Virus record (IMG/VR): IMGVR_UViG_3300032261_000561
Direction: 5' to 3' (one strand)
Length of the DNA stretch: 64,000 bases
DNA from: a virus
The notes below the pieces were generated by a model, which saw only the letters and a list, made by a program, of their open reading frames with translations, was not told where the DNA came from and did not search any database. Shown here piece by piece: positions 41,694 to 51,970 of the stretch (its first letter is position 1; each line of letters starts with the position of its first letter). The translations under genes were made by a program, and so were the position numbers.

Positions 41694-42755
41694 TTAGGTG
41701 GTCTGCTGCTGCTCGGTAGCATGCTGCTTGGCGTGGCCCTGCATGCGTGCCCGCAGCGACTCGAAGGACTGGTCCTCGGCCGGTGCCACCTGCGTCTCGG
41801 GAGCCGGGGCGGCAGCTGGCGTTGGCACCCCGGGCAGCGGGATCGCCGGAGGAGCCGACGGCGCCGGTTCCGGATTGTGCGTGGTGGCCCGGTCGAATTC
41901 GCCGATACCGTCCTGGGCCTCGGTCGTCGCACCGTTACCCCAGCCTCCCGGCGATGAGAGTGCGGGCGCCGGGATCGGCTGACCGGGCATCGGGATCTGC
42001 GGCGGACCGCTGCTGGCCTGCGTCTGCTGTTGCTGCTGCTCGCCCACCAGCCAGAATTTGATGCGGCGCTCGCTGCCATAGTCGTCGGCGAACTCCTTGG
42101 CGGTCTGTGGGCAGTACATGTAACGATCGTTGGCGTTGCCATCCCATGGGCGCCCGTAGCCGTAGTACTCGATGACCACCTTGGGATCACGCAGCGGGTC
42201 GCTGGGGGTGGGATCCACCGGCACGATGGTGTACTTGGTTTCCAGCTTCTCGCCGCGCCGGGTGATCCGGTAGTCGCGATCCATGATGGTGCGGTACATG
42301 CCGAAGAAGCCGACCATCTGGTCCCAGAAGTTGTTGTGCCCCTGCTTGAACACGATGAATTTGCGGGCCCACAGCCCATCGGGGCGCTGGTAGGTGTCGT
42401 CTTCCAGCTCGAAGGTGGGGCGGGTGTCGCTGCCCGGCGTGGGCTGCACCATCTTCTGGCGCCGGGCCACACCCACACCGATGGTCCGCTTGACGCATTT
42501 GCCGTCCCAGCCGCCAGGCTGGACGTAGCGATTGACCAGGTTCTGTTGGGGATCGGGTACCAGGAAATCCTGGTACTTCCCGTTGGCACAACGGACATTC
42601 ACCGCGAAGTCGCTGGTGATGATGTCGTCGGTGAGGAAGCGAACGAATATCGATTCGCCGTCCGCGATCTTGAAGTAGTCCAGGCCGGGGGTGAAATCCC
42701 CGCGCGCGGCCGCTTCCTTCAGTGTTTGTTCCAGCGCGCCAAAACCAGTTTGCAT
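41694..42755 (-). CDS. putative single-stranded DNA-binding protein (gp32-like)
   Basis: YFKI.DGES..VRFL, DY.ITR.G....TKY.I.P; low-complexity tail; position in operon. Confidence 0.7.
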   Translation of the reverse strand: MQTGFGALEQTLKEAAARGDFTPGLDYFKIADGESIFVRFLTDDIITSDFAVNVRCANGKYQDFLVPDPQQNLVNRYVQPGGWDGKCVKRTIGVGVARRQKMVQPTPGSDTRPTFELEDDTYQRPDGLWARKFIVFKQGHNNFWDQMVGFFGMYRTIMDRDYRITRRGEKLETKYTIVPVDPTPSDPLRDPKVVIEYYGYGRPWDGNANDRYMYCPQTAKEFADDYGSERRIKFWLVGEQQQQQTQASSGPPQIPMPGQPIPAPALSSPGGWGNGATTEAQDGIGEFDRATTHNPEPAPSAPPAIPLPGVPTPAAAPAPETQVAPAEDQSFESLRARMQGHAKQHATEQQQTT

Positions 42756-42810
42756 TTCCGTTGTCCTTTTTCCGAGTTTCACCAAAAAAGCCGGGATCAG
42801 CTTTGCGTTT

Positions 42811-43839
42811 TCAATTTCCCGGTGCGATCGACGCTACCACGCAGGTAAACAGTGCGAAAGAGTTTCCGGACGTGGGTTTCCAGAATCTGGGGATGCGCAC
42901 GATGTTGCCCATGTCCGACCACGTGGGCCTGCGGTCATTGGTCAGCTGCACTCTGATCGCTCGGGTGTAGCGGAACATCGGAGCCAGCGCCATAAGGTGG
43001 AAATACCACAGCTGGGCGACAAGCCGGTCGGTGTAGTGCTCGCCCTCGGAGAACCAATCCCAGTGGTCGTTGCCCGACGCGGTGTCGGCAGCGCGCATAG
43101 CCTGGGAGCGGTCCTGGGCAAAGACCCCACCGTCGCCTATCCGGCCGTCGGTGCGCCCCAGATCGTTGATGATCTCCTCGTCGGGCTGCTCGACGCGCTT
43201 GAAGAACGGGCTGAGGTCCTCGGCGTTCATCGACATCACGATCGGGTTGTCGGCCTCGATCTTCTTGCGGATCCGGCTGTCCACCCACTTCTCGCCCGAG
43301 CGCAGGTTGTCGTAACGCTCCCGGCGCTGGGGGTTGAGCAGCACCCTGGCGATCTCGCGCAGGTACATGAACTCCTCGGTGTCGGGCGCCCAGCCGGTGT
43401 CGGGGTGGGTGCGCCGGTACTTGGTGGCCAGCGCCTTGCGGATCTCGGCCTCGGTGGCATCGGGGCGCACGCCCAGCAGCCGGTAGTAACCGTTGGCATC
43501 CAAGCCGATCTTGCGGGGGATGCGCATCAGCGCCCGCGCGCAGCTGGGGTAACCCACGCCGGGACAGTGGTCGCGCGAGCTGAAGAATTCTTCCGCGCGC
43601 TGACTGGCCACCCAGACCGGGGTGGCGGGCAGGTTCTCTGGCTCGATGAAGTCGGGCCCGTAGACGTCCCACGGCGCCTCGGGCTCGGGACCAATACCGA
43701 GGGCCGCCTGGATGCTGTCGCGGCCGGGGTGACCCACCAGGGAGCGGTACAGGTCGTTGGCGCTGCTGGGGTGGCGCAGAAAGCGATCGCCGTCATCGGT
43801 CCCCAGAATCTCGTGGATGTGGGGGATCCGGCCCATCAA
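42811..43839 (-). CDS. J-domain (DnaJ-like) protein
   Basis: YYRLLGV.PDAT..EIRKA......HPD ... L.NP.RR..YD. Confidence 0.9.
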   Translation of the reverse strand: MMGRIPHIHEILGTDDGDRFLRHPSSANDLYRSLVGHPGRDSIQAALGIGPEPEAPWDVYGPDFIEPENLPATPVWVASQRAEEFFSSRDHCPGVGYPSCARALMRIPRKIGLDANGYYRLLGVRPDATEAEIRKALATKYRRTHPDTGWAPDTEEFMYLREIARVLLNPQRRERYDNLRSGEKWVDSRIRKKIEADNPIVMSMNAEDLSPFFKRVEQPDEEIINDLGRTDGRIGDGGVFAQDRSQAMRAADTASGNDHWDWFSEGEHYTDRLVAQLWYFHLMALAPMFRYTRAIRVQLTNDRRPTWSDMGNIVRIPRFWKPTSGNSFALFTCVVASIAPGN

Positions 43840-44072
43840 ACCACCCTTTTACTGTGCGGAACGATCGGGTGAGCGGCCAGACTCTCCCGGCGGCGCTTTA
43901 CCAGCCCCCTGTGGCGTTCTGCCAGCTCTTGATGCGCTTTGAGGTTCTCACCATGGGCCTCAGTCAAACGCTCGCGCAGGCGGCTCTGACCCGGCTGCAG
44001 GACCACCCGGCCGGTGTCGGGGTGATAGTGGACCTTGTAACCGTCAGACAGGGTGTGTTCCACGGGATCCAT
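43836..44072 (-). CDS. hypothetical protein
   Basis: ORF track. Confidence 0.6.
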   Translation of the reverse strand: MDPVEHTLSDGYKVHYHPDTGRVVLQPGQSRLRERLTEAHGENLKAHQELAERHRGLVKRRRESLAAHPIVPHSKRVV

Positions 44073-45173
44073 TTAGCGCATCCCCTTCCGCACCTTCTCG
44101 GCGTCGTATTGGGCCCGCTTCATGAATGCGGGTACGGCCGAGTCCAACATCGCCTGGACTTCCTCTCTCGTGGAACAGTCTCCCAGATCTCGGCCGGGTT
44201 CGGGGTCCACCACCAGTACCTTGCTCACCGACAGGCCATTGACCAGGGTGCGCTCCCCGGCGCGACCGGCCGGGTCGTCGTCGAACCACACCGTGACCGA
44301 CGCGAAATCGTGCAGCAGTGCCAGCTGGCTGGGCGTCACCTTGGCGCCGAAAGTGGCCAGCACGTAGGGGATCCCCAGCGAATAGGCCTTGGCCACGCTC
44401 ATCGGACTCTCTACCACCACCACGTGTGTCATCTTGTGCATGTCCATCAGGCTGCGGGTGCGGCAGTAGTCGTAGCCGTAAAGCGTCTCCGCTTTGGGGA
44501 AACCCAGGCTGGACTTGTACTTCGGGTCCTGCTCAGCCGACTCCGGCCACGGGCCTGGTGGGATGGCGCGTTTCTGGAAGCCGACCAGCTGGCCTTTGAA
44601 GAAATGCGGGAACACAATCCGGTTGTCGGCCTCATCCCATCCCAGATGCAACATCTCGACGGCTTCCTCGGTGATGCCGCGCGACGTCAGGTAGGGATGC
44701 GGCATCGTCCACTGGATCCAGGGATTGAGGATCGACTCCCCGTAGGACGGCGGGGCCACCGTGTAGGCGCCCGGCGCGGCCATGGTGCGCACCAGCTTGT
44801 CTTTGAACGTCTCGTCGTCGTCGGGGCCCGCGTGGATCAGGTCGGAGACGGCCAGCAGCGCCTCGGAGAAGCTCTCCTTGCCCTCCATCTTCATCACCAG
44901 GTGGAAGAGGTCCCCGCGCCACTGGGACGCGTAGCAGATGAACTTGCGCTTCTCCACGTTGACCGACGCGCTCGGGTTGGCATCGCGATTTCTGTGGTGC
45001 GGCTCGACGCGGTCGATCAGGCAGCTGTGCACCAGCTCGGTGGTACCGTCCTCGCCGGGCTGCTCGGTGACGTGCTCGGCGCCGTAGTGGACGAGGACCT
45101 CGCGGGCGTCCAGCGAGTGCAGGTAGCGGTAGTACAGCCGCTCGTCGGCCAACGCCTGCATGCCGGTGATCAT
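44073..45173 (-). CDS. DNA primase (Toprim)
   Basis: YL.SRGI, RIVFP, PKY, VVES..S, FDDD.AG. Confidence 0.9.
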   Translation of the reverse strand: MITGMQALADERLYYRYLHSLDAREVLVHYGAEHVTEQPGEDGTTELVHSCLIDRVEPHHRNRDANPSASVNVEKRKFICYASQWRGDLFHLVMKMEGKESFSEALLAVSDLIHAGPDDDETFKDKLVRTMAAPGAYTVAPPSYGESILNPWIQWTMPHPYLTSRGITEEAVEMLHLGWDEADNRIVFPHFFKGQLVGFQKRAIPPGPWPESAEQDPKYKSSLGFPKAETLYGYDYCRTRSLMDMHKMTHVVVVESPMSVAKAYSLGIPYVLATFGAKVTPSQLALLHDFASVTVWFDDDPAGRAGERTLVNGLSVSKVLVVDPEPGRDLGDCSTREEVQAMLDSAVPAFMKRAQYDAEKVRKGMR

Positions 45174-46414
45174 TCGTCTAACACCCTGTCCATCGAAATC
45201 TCGGTGCGCCCGAACAGGTGCCAGTTCAACAGCCAGCTGGCGGTGCGCGATCGCCGGGCCCCTAGCAGCCGCATCTGCATCTGGTTGGCCTGCTCCATCT
45301 CGGCGTTACGCCACAGCCCCAGACACAGATCCGACGTCGCCTCCACCTCGGTGGCGTTAGCGAAGCTGTCCAGGCCCACCCCCTCATGGCGGCGCTGGCT
45401 CTCCCGGTTGAACTGGACGGCCAGCACGCACGGCACCCTGCCCGCCGACGCCCTACCGATCTCGGCTTTGAGCTGGCGCATGATCACACTGTGGTGCTCT
45501 TTGAGGTCGCGCACCCGCCGCGCGGGCTCCATAAAAGACAGCTGGTCGATGATCGGATAGGGCGCGTCGGCGTAGCGGGCCCGATTGACGATGGCCGCCA
45601 CGGTGCGGTCGCCTTCCTCAGGGGCCTCGACCTTAAGCCCACCCAGATCGGCCAACTCCTCCTGGCACGCCGCCAGGTGGCGCATCTCGTCCATGTTCAG
45701 CTTGGACTTGGACAGCCGGTCATAGCTGATGCCGCTGAACATGGCGTCCAGCCGGTCTTCGATCTCCTCCTTGGGCATTTCCAGGCTGAAGAAAATCGGC
45801 ACGAGGCCGGAGCGCCGGGCGGCGATCGCGACGTTGGCCAGCCACATCGTCTTGCCGGTCTTGGAGTAGGCGCCCACCACGCACAGCTCGCCAGGTAGTA
45901 GTCCGCCGACGTGGTCGTCGAGCGCGGGGATCCCCAGCGTCACACCCCGGCGCTGGCCTTCGGCGCGTTCTAGGTAGCGGGTGCGCCGCTCGACGATGTT
46001 GAGCGCCATATCAGATCGGCTATATCGGGGCGTGACATTCTCGGCCATGGAGTGGAATTCACTGCGCAGAAAGCGCACCGCCTCCTGTGGGTCAGCATGC
46101 GCGATCTTGGCGCCTTCCAGCATCTTTTCCTGGATCGCGGTGTTAGCGAAGTCGTTTTTGAGCTGCTCGGTAGCCCAGGTGGTGGACAAGTCCTCGTCGA
46201 TAGGCAGCTCGATGCCGGGGAACTGCTTGGTCAGTACGGCCAACGTTGGCATCATCCGCTGCTGCTCGGTGTGCCAGTAGTCGACCATGAAGTCGAACAT
46301 CGCCTTGCACACCAACTCGGTGAAGTGCACGCTGCGCAGCCCCAACTCCCACGCGGTGACCATCTCGCGATTGCTGGTCAAATTGGCCAGCAGGCGCCGT
46401 TCCAGCTCGCTCAT
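45170..46414 (-). CDS. dnaB: DnaB-like replicative helicase
   Basis: LD..VGGL.PGEL, GAYSKTGKT, FSLEM, IIDQL, Q.NR. Confidence 0.92.
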   Translation of the reverse strand: MSELERRLLANLTSNREMVTAWELGLRSVHFTELVCKAMFDFMVDYWHTEQQRMMPTLAVLTKQFPGIELPIDEDLSTTWATEQLKNDFANTAIQEKMLEGAKIAHADPQEAVRFLRSEFHSMAENVTPRYSRSDMALNIVERRTRYLERAEGQRRGVTLGIPALDDHVGGLLPGELCVVGAYSKTGKTMWLANVAIAARRSGLVPIFFSLEMPKEEIEDRLDAMFSGISYDRLSKSKLNMDEMRHLAACQEELADLGGLKVEAPEEGDRTVAAIVNRARYADAPYPIIDQLSFMEPARRVRDLKEHHSVIMRQLKAEIGRASAGRVPCVLAVQFNRESQRRHEGVGLDSFANATEVEATSDLCLGLWRNAEMEQANQMQMRLLGARRSRTASWLLNWHLFGRTEISMDRVLDE

Positions 46415-47190
46415 ACGATCGGTCGCCGCTTCTCTCCGACATCGACCTCGTCGTTTTCCAGCCTGAAATTGATGAGCCCGTAATCGGCGCCCTTCACCTC
46501 CACGTGGAAACAGGACCTCTTGAGCTGGCTTAACACCGCGCCACCGTAGCCCAGGTCGAGGTTGTCAGGCTCGATGTTGGTGGTCAGGATCGTCGGGCGG
46601 GCGTTCTGGGCACGATCGCGCAGAATGTGGTCAAAGGTGGTCTGCGGCAGGTTGTGGCTGGACCGTCCCTCCTTACCCAAGTCGTCGAGCAGCAGCACCT
46701 GGGTGTACATGAACCTGTCCTCGAACCACTGCTTCTTCGACTTGTCTCCCCAGGTGGCGGTGAACGCCTCGATCATCTTGGAGAAAGTGGTGGCGTAGCA
46801 CCTCACGCCTTGGCGGACCAGATGCTTGAGGATCATGTTGGCCAGGAACGTCTTGCCGGTGCCGAGAGGCCCCCACAGAATGACCCCCATCCCCCGATCG
46901 ACGTAAGCCTCCCAGTTCTGCAGGTAGTGGTCGACCGCCTTGTAAGCCTCTTCGTCACCGTGCCAGTCGGCCACGCTGGACCGCTGGAAAATTTTCCCGA
47001 TCCCGGCGGCGGTGTAGTGCTTGGCCAGCTGCTTCTGACGCTGGCAGTCGCAGTTGCGATCTTTACCCTGCCAGCGGTAAGTGCCCTTGTTGGCGCAGGT
47101 GGGACAAGTGGTCTTCAGATCCGGCCAGACCTGGTAGACGCGCTCGGCCTCCTCGGTGGACAACGCCAGATCGATCGAATCCCCGCTCAC
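46411..47190 (-). CDS. DnaC/IstB-like helicase loader ATPase
   Basis: CPTC..CDC, GPLGTGKT, LLLDDLGKE, TILTTN; GTG start by GTGA overlap. Confidence 0.9.
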   Translation of the reverse strand: MSGDSIDLALSTEEAERVYQVWPDLKTTCPTCANKGTYRWQGKDRNCDCQRQKQLAKHYTAAGIGKIFQRSSVADWHGDEEAYKAVDHYLQNWEAYVDRGMGVILWGPLGTGKTFLANMILKHLVRQGVRCYATTFSKMIEAFTATWGDKSKKQWFEDRFMYTQVLLLDDLGKEGRSSHNLPQTTFDHILRDRAQNARPTILTTNIEPDNLDLGYGGAVLSQLKRSCFHVEVKGADYGLINFRLENDEVDVGEKRRPIV

Positions 47191-48248
47191 AGCAGCTCTC
47201 CCATCTCGATGCACGCCGCCGCTATCGCGTCCACGGCCACCCGCACCTGCTGCACGGTGACGGTCAGCGGCGGGGACAGCCGCAGAGTGGGCTGGATAAG
47301 CAGCCCCGCGTGGCGGCAGCGGCGGCGGAAATCCTGTGCCTGGCTCGGGGCGTTGAGTTTGATGGTGCGGATCAGCCCGATGCCCGGGGTGGAATGCAGG
47401 ATGTCGCTGAACTGCTCGCGCACCGTTTCCAGGTCGGTGCGCAGCGTGTCGGCCACGTTGCGGACCTGCGCCAGCAACGAATCGTTGATGCGCGGCACGA
47501 TCGCATTGCCCACCGCGCAGGCGATCGGATTCGGGGTGGGCGCAACGTGCGCGATCAGCTGGCGGAAAGCATCCGACTCGAACAACGGACCTGGCGCCAA
47601 CACCGCGTTGCACGGCAGGCCCCCGGTGCCCGCCGAACCGAGCAGGATGACGTCGGGGGTGACGTGGTACTGCTCGAACAGACCGAACGTGCCGGTGCGC
47701 CCAAAGCCGGTGTCCAGCTCGTCGGCAATGATCTTCAGCCGCTGCGCGCGGGCCCGGTGCACCTCATCCTGCACCTCGCCGCCTTCACGTGGCACCCCTT
47801 CGGGATCCAGCAGGCTCAGGAAGTAGCCGCCTTGCGACGGTGGGCAAATGCAGATCTGGGCGGCGGTCATGCGCGCCTCGTAGATCGACGGCGTGAACAT
47901 CACCTTCAGCGGCTGGCCGTCCTTCTGCGGAAAGCGCTCGGAGAGCAGCGCGGCGTAGTCGGCCACCAGCCGGTCCTGGTAATCACCGTAATCACCGAAC
48001 CAGGTGTGCTCCTGCAGCTGCACCAGCGCCATGTTGGCCACCTCGGGGTCACGGTGCCCGAACAACAGCTGAGAGCCGCCGTTGAAGTCCAGGTACTGCT
48101 CGCCGTACTCGTCCATGATGGTCGCGCCGATACCGCGTCCCATCGGGTGCAACAGGGACCCGGGATTCAGACCGGCCAGATAGGTCAGGCACTTCCGGCG
48201 GCCCTCCGCGAAATGTTGGTCAAGCAGGTCCTTGGCCGACTGATCCAT
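47187..48248 (-). CDS. class III aminotransferase-fold protein lacking the PLP lysine
   Basis: G.G..I.DE.G..YLDF, GH..P.V, IADE..TGFGRTG, PDVILLGSAGTGG.P, LRLSPPL. Confidence 0.8.
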   Translation of the reverse strand: MDQSAKDLLDQHFAEGRRKCLTYLAGLNPGSLLHPMGRGIGATIMDEYGEQYLDFNGGSQLLFGHRDPEVANMALVQLQEHTWFGDYGDYQDRLVADYAALLSERFPQKDGQPLKVMFTPSIYEARMTAAQICICPPSQGGYFLSLLDPEGVPREGGEVQDEVHRARAQRLKIIADELDTGFGRTGTFGLFEQYHVTPDVILLGSAGTGGLPCNAVLAPGPLFESDAFRQLIAHVAPTPNPIACAVGNAIVPRINDSLLAQVRNVADTLRTDLETVREQFSDILHSTPGIGLIRTIKLNAPSQAQDFRRRCRHAGLLIQPTLRLSPPLTVTVQQVRVAVDAIAAACIEMGELL

Positions 48249-48795
48249 TCTTCGACGATGCCTTCGCTTTAGTCTTACGTTTACGCCGCGTCTTCTTCGG
48301 TGGCTCCGGCGCCCACCGGCCGGTCTTGGCCAGTTGAACGCGCCTGACAACCTCCTGCAACTGGTCGATGGAACGCATGCCGCCCTTCTGGTACAGCGAC
48401 ACCGCCATGTTCTGGATGACTTCGAGGTTGAACCGCCGGATCCCTTTCTTGCCGTGGCGCTCGGGCTCGATCGGACGGGGCTCGGGATTCTCGGGATCCA
48501 GCGGGGGATGATCGGGATCGTCCAGCGCGTAGTAGAACCAGCCGCCGCCGCCGTCGTCGCGCGAGCGCATCGCCCAGTACATCCACTGCGGGCTCTTACC
48601 GAAAAACTGCGCGGCCTCCTCGGTGTTGTAGACGCGCTCGATCCCCGACAGGTCGACGTCGATCGTCTCGATCTGCCGGAACACCTCGGCCACCGCTTCG
48701 ACGGGGATGGCCAGGCCCCGCCCGCTGGCTGATGCCGCGAACTGACGTGCGGCTGTGATAGCCCAGTCCTCCGAGCCAGCTTTTTCACGCTCCAT
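48220..48795 (-). CDS. MerR/excisionase-type HTH protein
   Basis: YNTEEAAQFFGKSPQWMYW...RRF; basic tail. Confidence 0.7.
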   Translation of the reverse strand: MEREKAGSEDWAITAARQFAASASGRGLAIPVEAVAEVFRQIETIDVDLSGIERVYNTEEAAQFFGKSPQWMYWAMRSRDDGGGGWFYYALDDPDHPPLDPENPEPRPIEPERHGKKGIRRFNLEVIQNMAVSLYQKGGMRSIDQLQEVVRRVQLAKTGRWAPEPPKKTRRKRKTKAKASSKNGSVGQGPA

Positions 48796-48809
48796 TACCG
48801 CTCCCGGGG

Positions 48810-49553
48810 TCAGGTCATCTTCCTGTCGTTGAGGCGCGGTGCCTTGGGCTCGCCGAAGGTCATGCACTCTCCAATGGTGTTGTAGAGCACAGGATCTTGC
48901 TCGGCCCGGTCGAACAGCTTCTTGAGGCTGAAGGTGTATTCGACGTGTGCCGGTACCTCCTCAGCCTCGCAGATCTCCTGCCAGACCTCCTCGCCCACCC
49001 GCATGCGCAGACGGCCCTCGTCCAGGGTGGGGTCGGTGTACCCCGCGCCTTCGCGCGAGAACTTCCGGCCGAACTCGGGTACATCCAGGGTGGCGTTGTG
49101 ATTCTGTGGATCCTTGACACCCTCGACGGCCAGCTGCGCATCCATGTGCGCGAACACCGCTACCTTGAGGACACCCTTGTTGTAGACGTCGAGAAGCTCG
49201 GTGGCTTCCTTGGCGCCCAGCCGGATGTCCATCAACGCCGCAGCCTGCTCAGCCGACAATGCTCCATCGTGCGTGGAGAGGTCCAAGGCGGTGATTTTGT
49301 TGACGAGCTGGCCCAGCCGCTCGCCCATGGCGATGAGGGCATCCATGCCACCCTCACCTTTTGCGTATTCGTCGAGCATCCGCTTGTACTCGGCCTTGCG
49401 TGCGGCCACCGTGGACGCCGACGATTCGTCCGCCAACGTCTCGGCGGAAGCCTTTTTGCGGAAGGTTTCCATCGCGATGGCGACGTCCCCACCGGCTGCC
49501 CGCAACAGCTCACCGATGGGGCTGAGAGCGATTTCGCTCTTTTCAACTGTCAT
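48810..49553 (-). CDS. conserved phage protein
   Basis: ORF track; GGAGACACAC RBS. Confidence 0.75.
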   Translation of the reverse strand: MTVEKSEIALSPIGELLRAAGGDVAIAMETFRKKASAETLADESSASTVAARKAEYKRMLDEYAKGEGGMDALIAMGERLGQLVNKITALDLSTHDGALSAEQAAALMDIRLGAKEATELLDVYNKGVLKVAVFAHMDAQLAVEGVKDPQNHNATLDVPEFGRKFSREGAGYTDPTLDEGRLRMRVGEEVWQEICEAEEVPAHVEYTFSLKKLFDRAEQDPVLYNTIGECMTFGEPKAPRLNDRKMT

Positions 49554-49616
49554 GTGTGTCTCCTTTTCCTACAACTTTAGTCTAACGTAGGCCCAAGACA
49601 TGCCCAAAGGACCGAT

Positions 49617-49910
49617 CTATCTGCCGCCTTGGCGCTGTTTGACGATCTCGCGCTGGGCGATCTGCACCATCTCTTCGAGCACCGGCGCCAGCACGCCGGT
49701 CTGGATCATCTGGAACGCCAGCTTGATCTCCTCCTGGGTGGGGATGGGATCGACCCACACCCCGTTGCGCTCCCAGCCCTTCCAGCCGATGGACGCCTCG
49801 GTACCCGGCTTGAGCCATTGGTCGGTGGTGCCGTTGACCGTGAGGGTGGCATCCATACGCACAGTCAATTTGAAGGAGTCGATACGGGTGGGTGGCTCGG
49901 GGTCGCTCAC
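49617..49910 (-). CDS. hypothetical protein
   Basis: GTG start with GAGG RBS. Confidence 0.6.
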   Translation of the reverse strand: MSDPEPPTRIDSFKLTVRMDATLTVNGTTDQWLKPGTEASIGWKGWERNGVWVDPIPTQEEIKLAFQMIQTGVLAPVLEEMVQIAQREIVKQRQGGR

Positions 49911-50090
49911 AACCGGGCCTCTTCGTTGATCTGGACCTCGGCGGCGATCTGCTTCAGCTCGTAAGTCCACAGCCGGTCTTCAATCTCTTGGCGCCTGAAG
50001 TAGTCGGGGTCGTCGAACACCGGCCACCATTTGATCAGCAGCACCAGGTACACGGCCAGTGCGATCAGGATCGCGCTCACCGCCACGGTT

Positions 50091-50468
50091 TCAAGGACTT
50101 CCATTGTGTGTCTCCTCTGCTTGGCGCTGCAGCTCGTCGATCTTGAGCAGCGTCACGTCCTCCACCAGTCGGCGTTCGACCGGCGTAAGATCCTCCATCA
50201 TCTCCTGGCCGTAGACCCAGTGTTCGGCCAGCACCGCCAGCATCTGAGCCAGCAGATACGCCGGAAACCGGCCCTGCCGGGCCTCGACGAACTGCACCGA
50301 GCGCCGCAATGCCTCGCCGGGGGTGAGCAGCCTGCCGTGCAGAACCAGCTGCCCCTCGGCGCCCTCCACCCAGTCCTCCAAGAACGTCAGGAAAGCCACG
50401 CTGATCTCGCCGCCGCCAGCCAGCGCCGCCCGGCGCCCCTGCCAGCTGTCGGTGTCACGCGTCTTCAC
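50091..50468 (-). CDS. hypothetical protein
   Basis: ORF track. Confidence 0.65.
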   Translation of the reverse strand: MKTRDTDSWQGRRAALAGGGEISVAFLTFLEDWVEGAEGQLVLHGRLLTPGEALRRSVQFVEARQGRFPAYLLAQMLAVLAEHWVYGQEMMEDLTPVERRLVEDVTLLKIDELQRQAEETHNGSP

Positions 50469-50784
50469 GGCGGCAAGCCTCTAGGACGCGCTCGATGCCC
50501 GGGCGCGACGTCGGAATGGAGACGTGCGGGAAGTTTTTCTCCGGCATGTACGGCTTGGACGTCAGGTGATAGTGCTCGGCGTGCTCGCACTTGTACACCC
50601 GCTGCTCGCACCTCTGGCCCACCGCCCGCTGAATGCGTTTCAGCGCCTCTTTCGCATCGGCATGCGTCCGGTAGCCCAGCTTGCCGCCCGACGGCTCGCA
50701 GGGGCCTATGTCGAGGATTCTGGACATGCCGGAATGGCTGCGCCGGGACCGTTTGGAGCGCTGCTCCTTACCATGGCTGCTCAC
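50455..50784 (-). CDS. Zn-binding phage protein
   Basis: C..GK..Y.T..DA..AL...RVYKC.....YHLTS. Confidence 0.65.
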   Translation of the reverse strand: MSSHGKEQRSKRSRRSHSGMSRILDIGPCEPSGGKLGYRTHADAKEALKRIQRAVGQRCEQRVYKCEHAEHYHLTSKPYMPEKNFPHVSIPTSRPGIERVLEACRREDA

Positions 50785-51634
50785 GGCTCGACAACTTTCA
50801 GCTCGGACCAGTTGTGCACCGCCAGGGCGCCGGGGCGGTCGTCGAACTCCACCATGGCGAAGTGCACATTGCGCTCGGACAGCCCCTGCGGACCGGCGTT
50901 GCAGCGCATCGTCAGCGGCAGCGGGTCGGCGGTCAGTCCCAGCTTCACCGCGATCTCATAGTCGCTCTCCTGCGAATAACGAGCCTTGGCCTCCCGGCTG
51001 GGTTTCCAGACCGTGCCCACATGGATGCCCACCGAGCAGCCCATCGACAGGCACTTGTATTCGACTCTCACTTTGTTTCCTTCCCGAGCAGGCTCGTGAT
51101 CCGGCTGGCGCTCATATGAACTCCAACATCATCGGGTGGGTGGCTTTGGCGATGCGGTCGGCGCCATAGCGCACGTACACATAGGGATCGTTGACGTGGC
51201 TGATCACGCCGTACTCGGGCTGGTGGTCGGTGTCGTGGATCTGGAAGACCACCTGGGCACCGATGCGTTCCTCGGCTTCGTCGAGTCTCATGGCCATGGC
51301 CCCCATCATCACGCGAAGAGGAACGCCAAGACGACAAATAGGAACAAGCCCACCATGATGAAGGTGCCGAACACCGCGCATCCCAGCAGGTAGCCCCGAG
51401 TGAAGTTGGTGAAAATTTCCTCGGCCACACCTGGTTTGCGACGCGCCGGTGGCAGTGCTCGCGCCCGAGGCGCCGCGTAATAGTGCAGGTGCAGGATCTG
51501 GTCGTTCACGACGCCTCTCGCTTCACCGTCTGAGGCCCACCGCGCTCGTCGGTTACCTGCGTTTCGTGCATTGGTGTGTGTCTCCTGTCGTGTATATCTT
51601 CTAATTTACCTATAATACTGCTCTAATGCCAGGC

Positions 51635-51970
51635 CTACCCCGGCGCCGTATGCGTGATCGGAACCGGCCGCCATGGGACCTTGGTCCGATTTCCTGGTTG
51701 CATCAGCTTCATGATTTCGCCCAGCTCGTATTCGCGCATATCCAGCTGACGGCGCAGCTCGGCCAGCCGGGAAACCTTGGCATTGGTCTCGGTGGCCAAC
51801 CTCAAACGGCGCTGGGCTGCCTCCCGGGCCCGCAGTGCCGCCTCGTAACGGCGCTGCAGCCGATTGGTGGCGTAGTCCACCTCGATCTGATAACGCTCGC
51901 TGATCGGATCGCTATGCAGCTCGTAAGCCTGCGGCGGAACGCGATGACGACTCTTATGCTTCTTGGCCAC
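51635..51970 (-). CDS. hypothetical coiled-coil protein
   Basis: ORF track. Confidence 0.6.
   Translation of the reverse strand: MAKKHKSRHRVPPQAYELHSDPISERYQIEVDYATNRLQRRYEAALRAREAAQRRLRLATETNAKVSRLAELRRQLDMREYELGEIMKLMQPGNRTKVPWRPVPITHTAPG

Noticed and set aside
43854-45560. Long plus-strand ORFs (e.g. 43854..45560, 21122..22585, 37122..38279, 26846..28030)
   Set aside because: Antisense shadows of real minus-strand genes caused by high GC3; no protein motifs.
36912-46414. Inteins or introns in RecA, DnaE, DnaB
   Set aside because: Lengths are normal and no intein splice-junction or LAGLIDADG motifs were seen.
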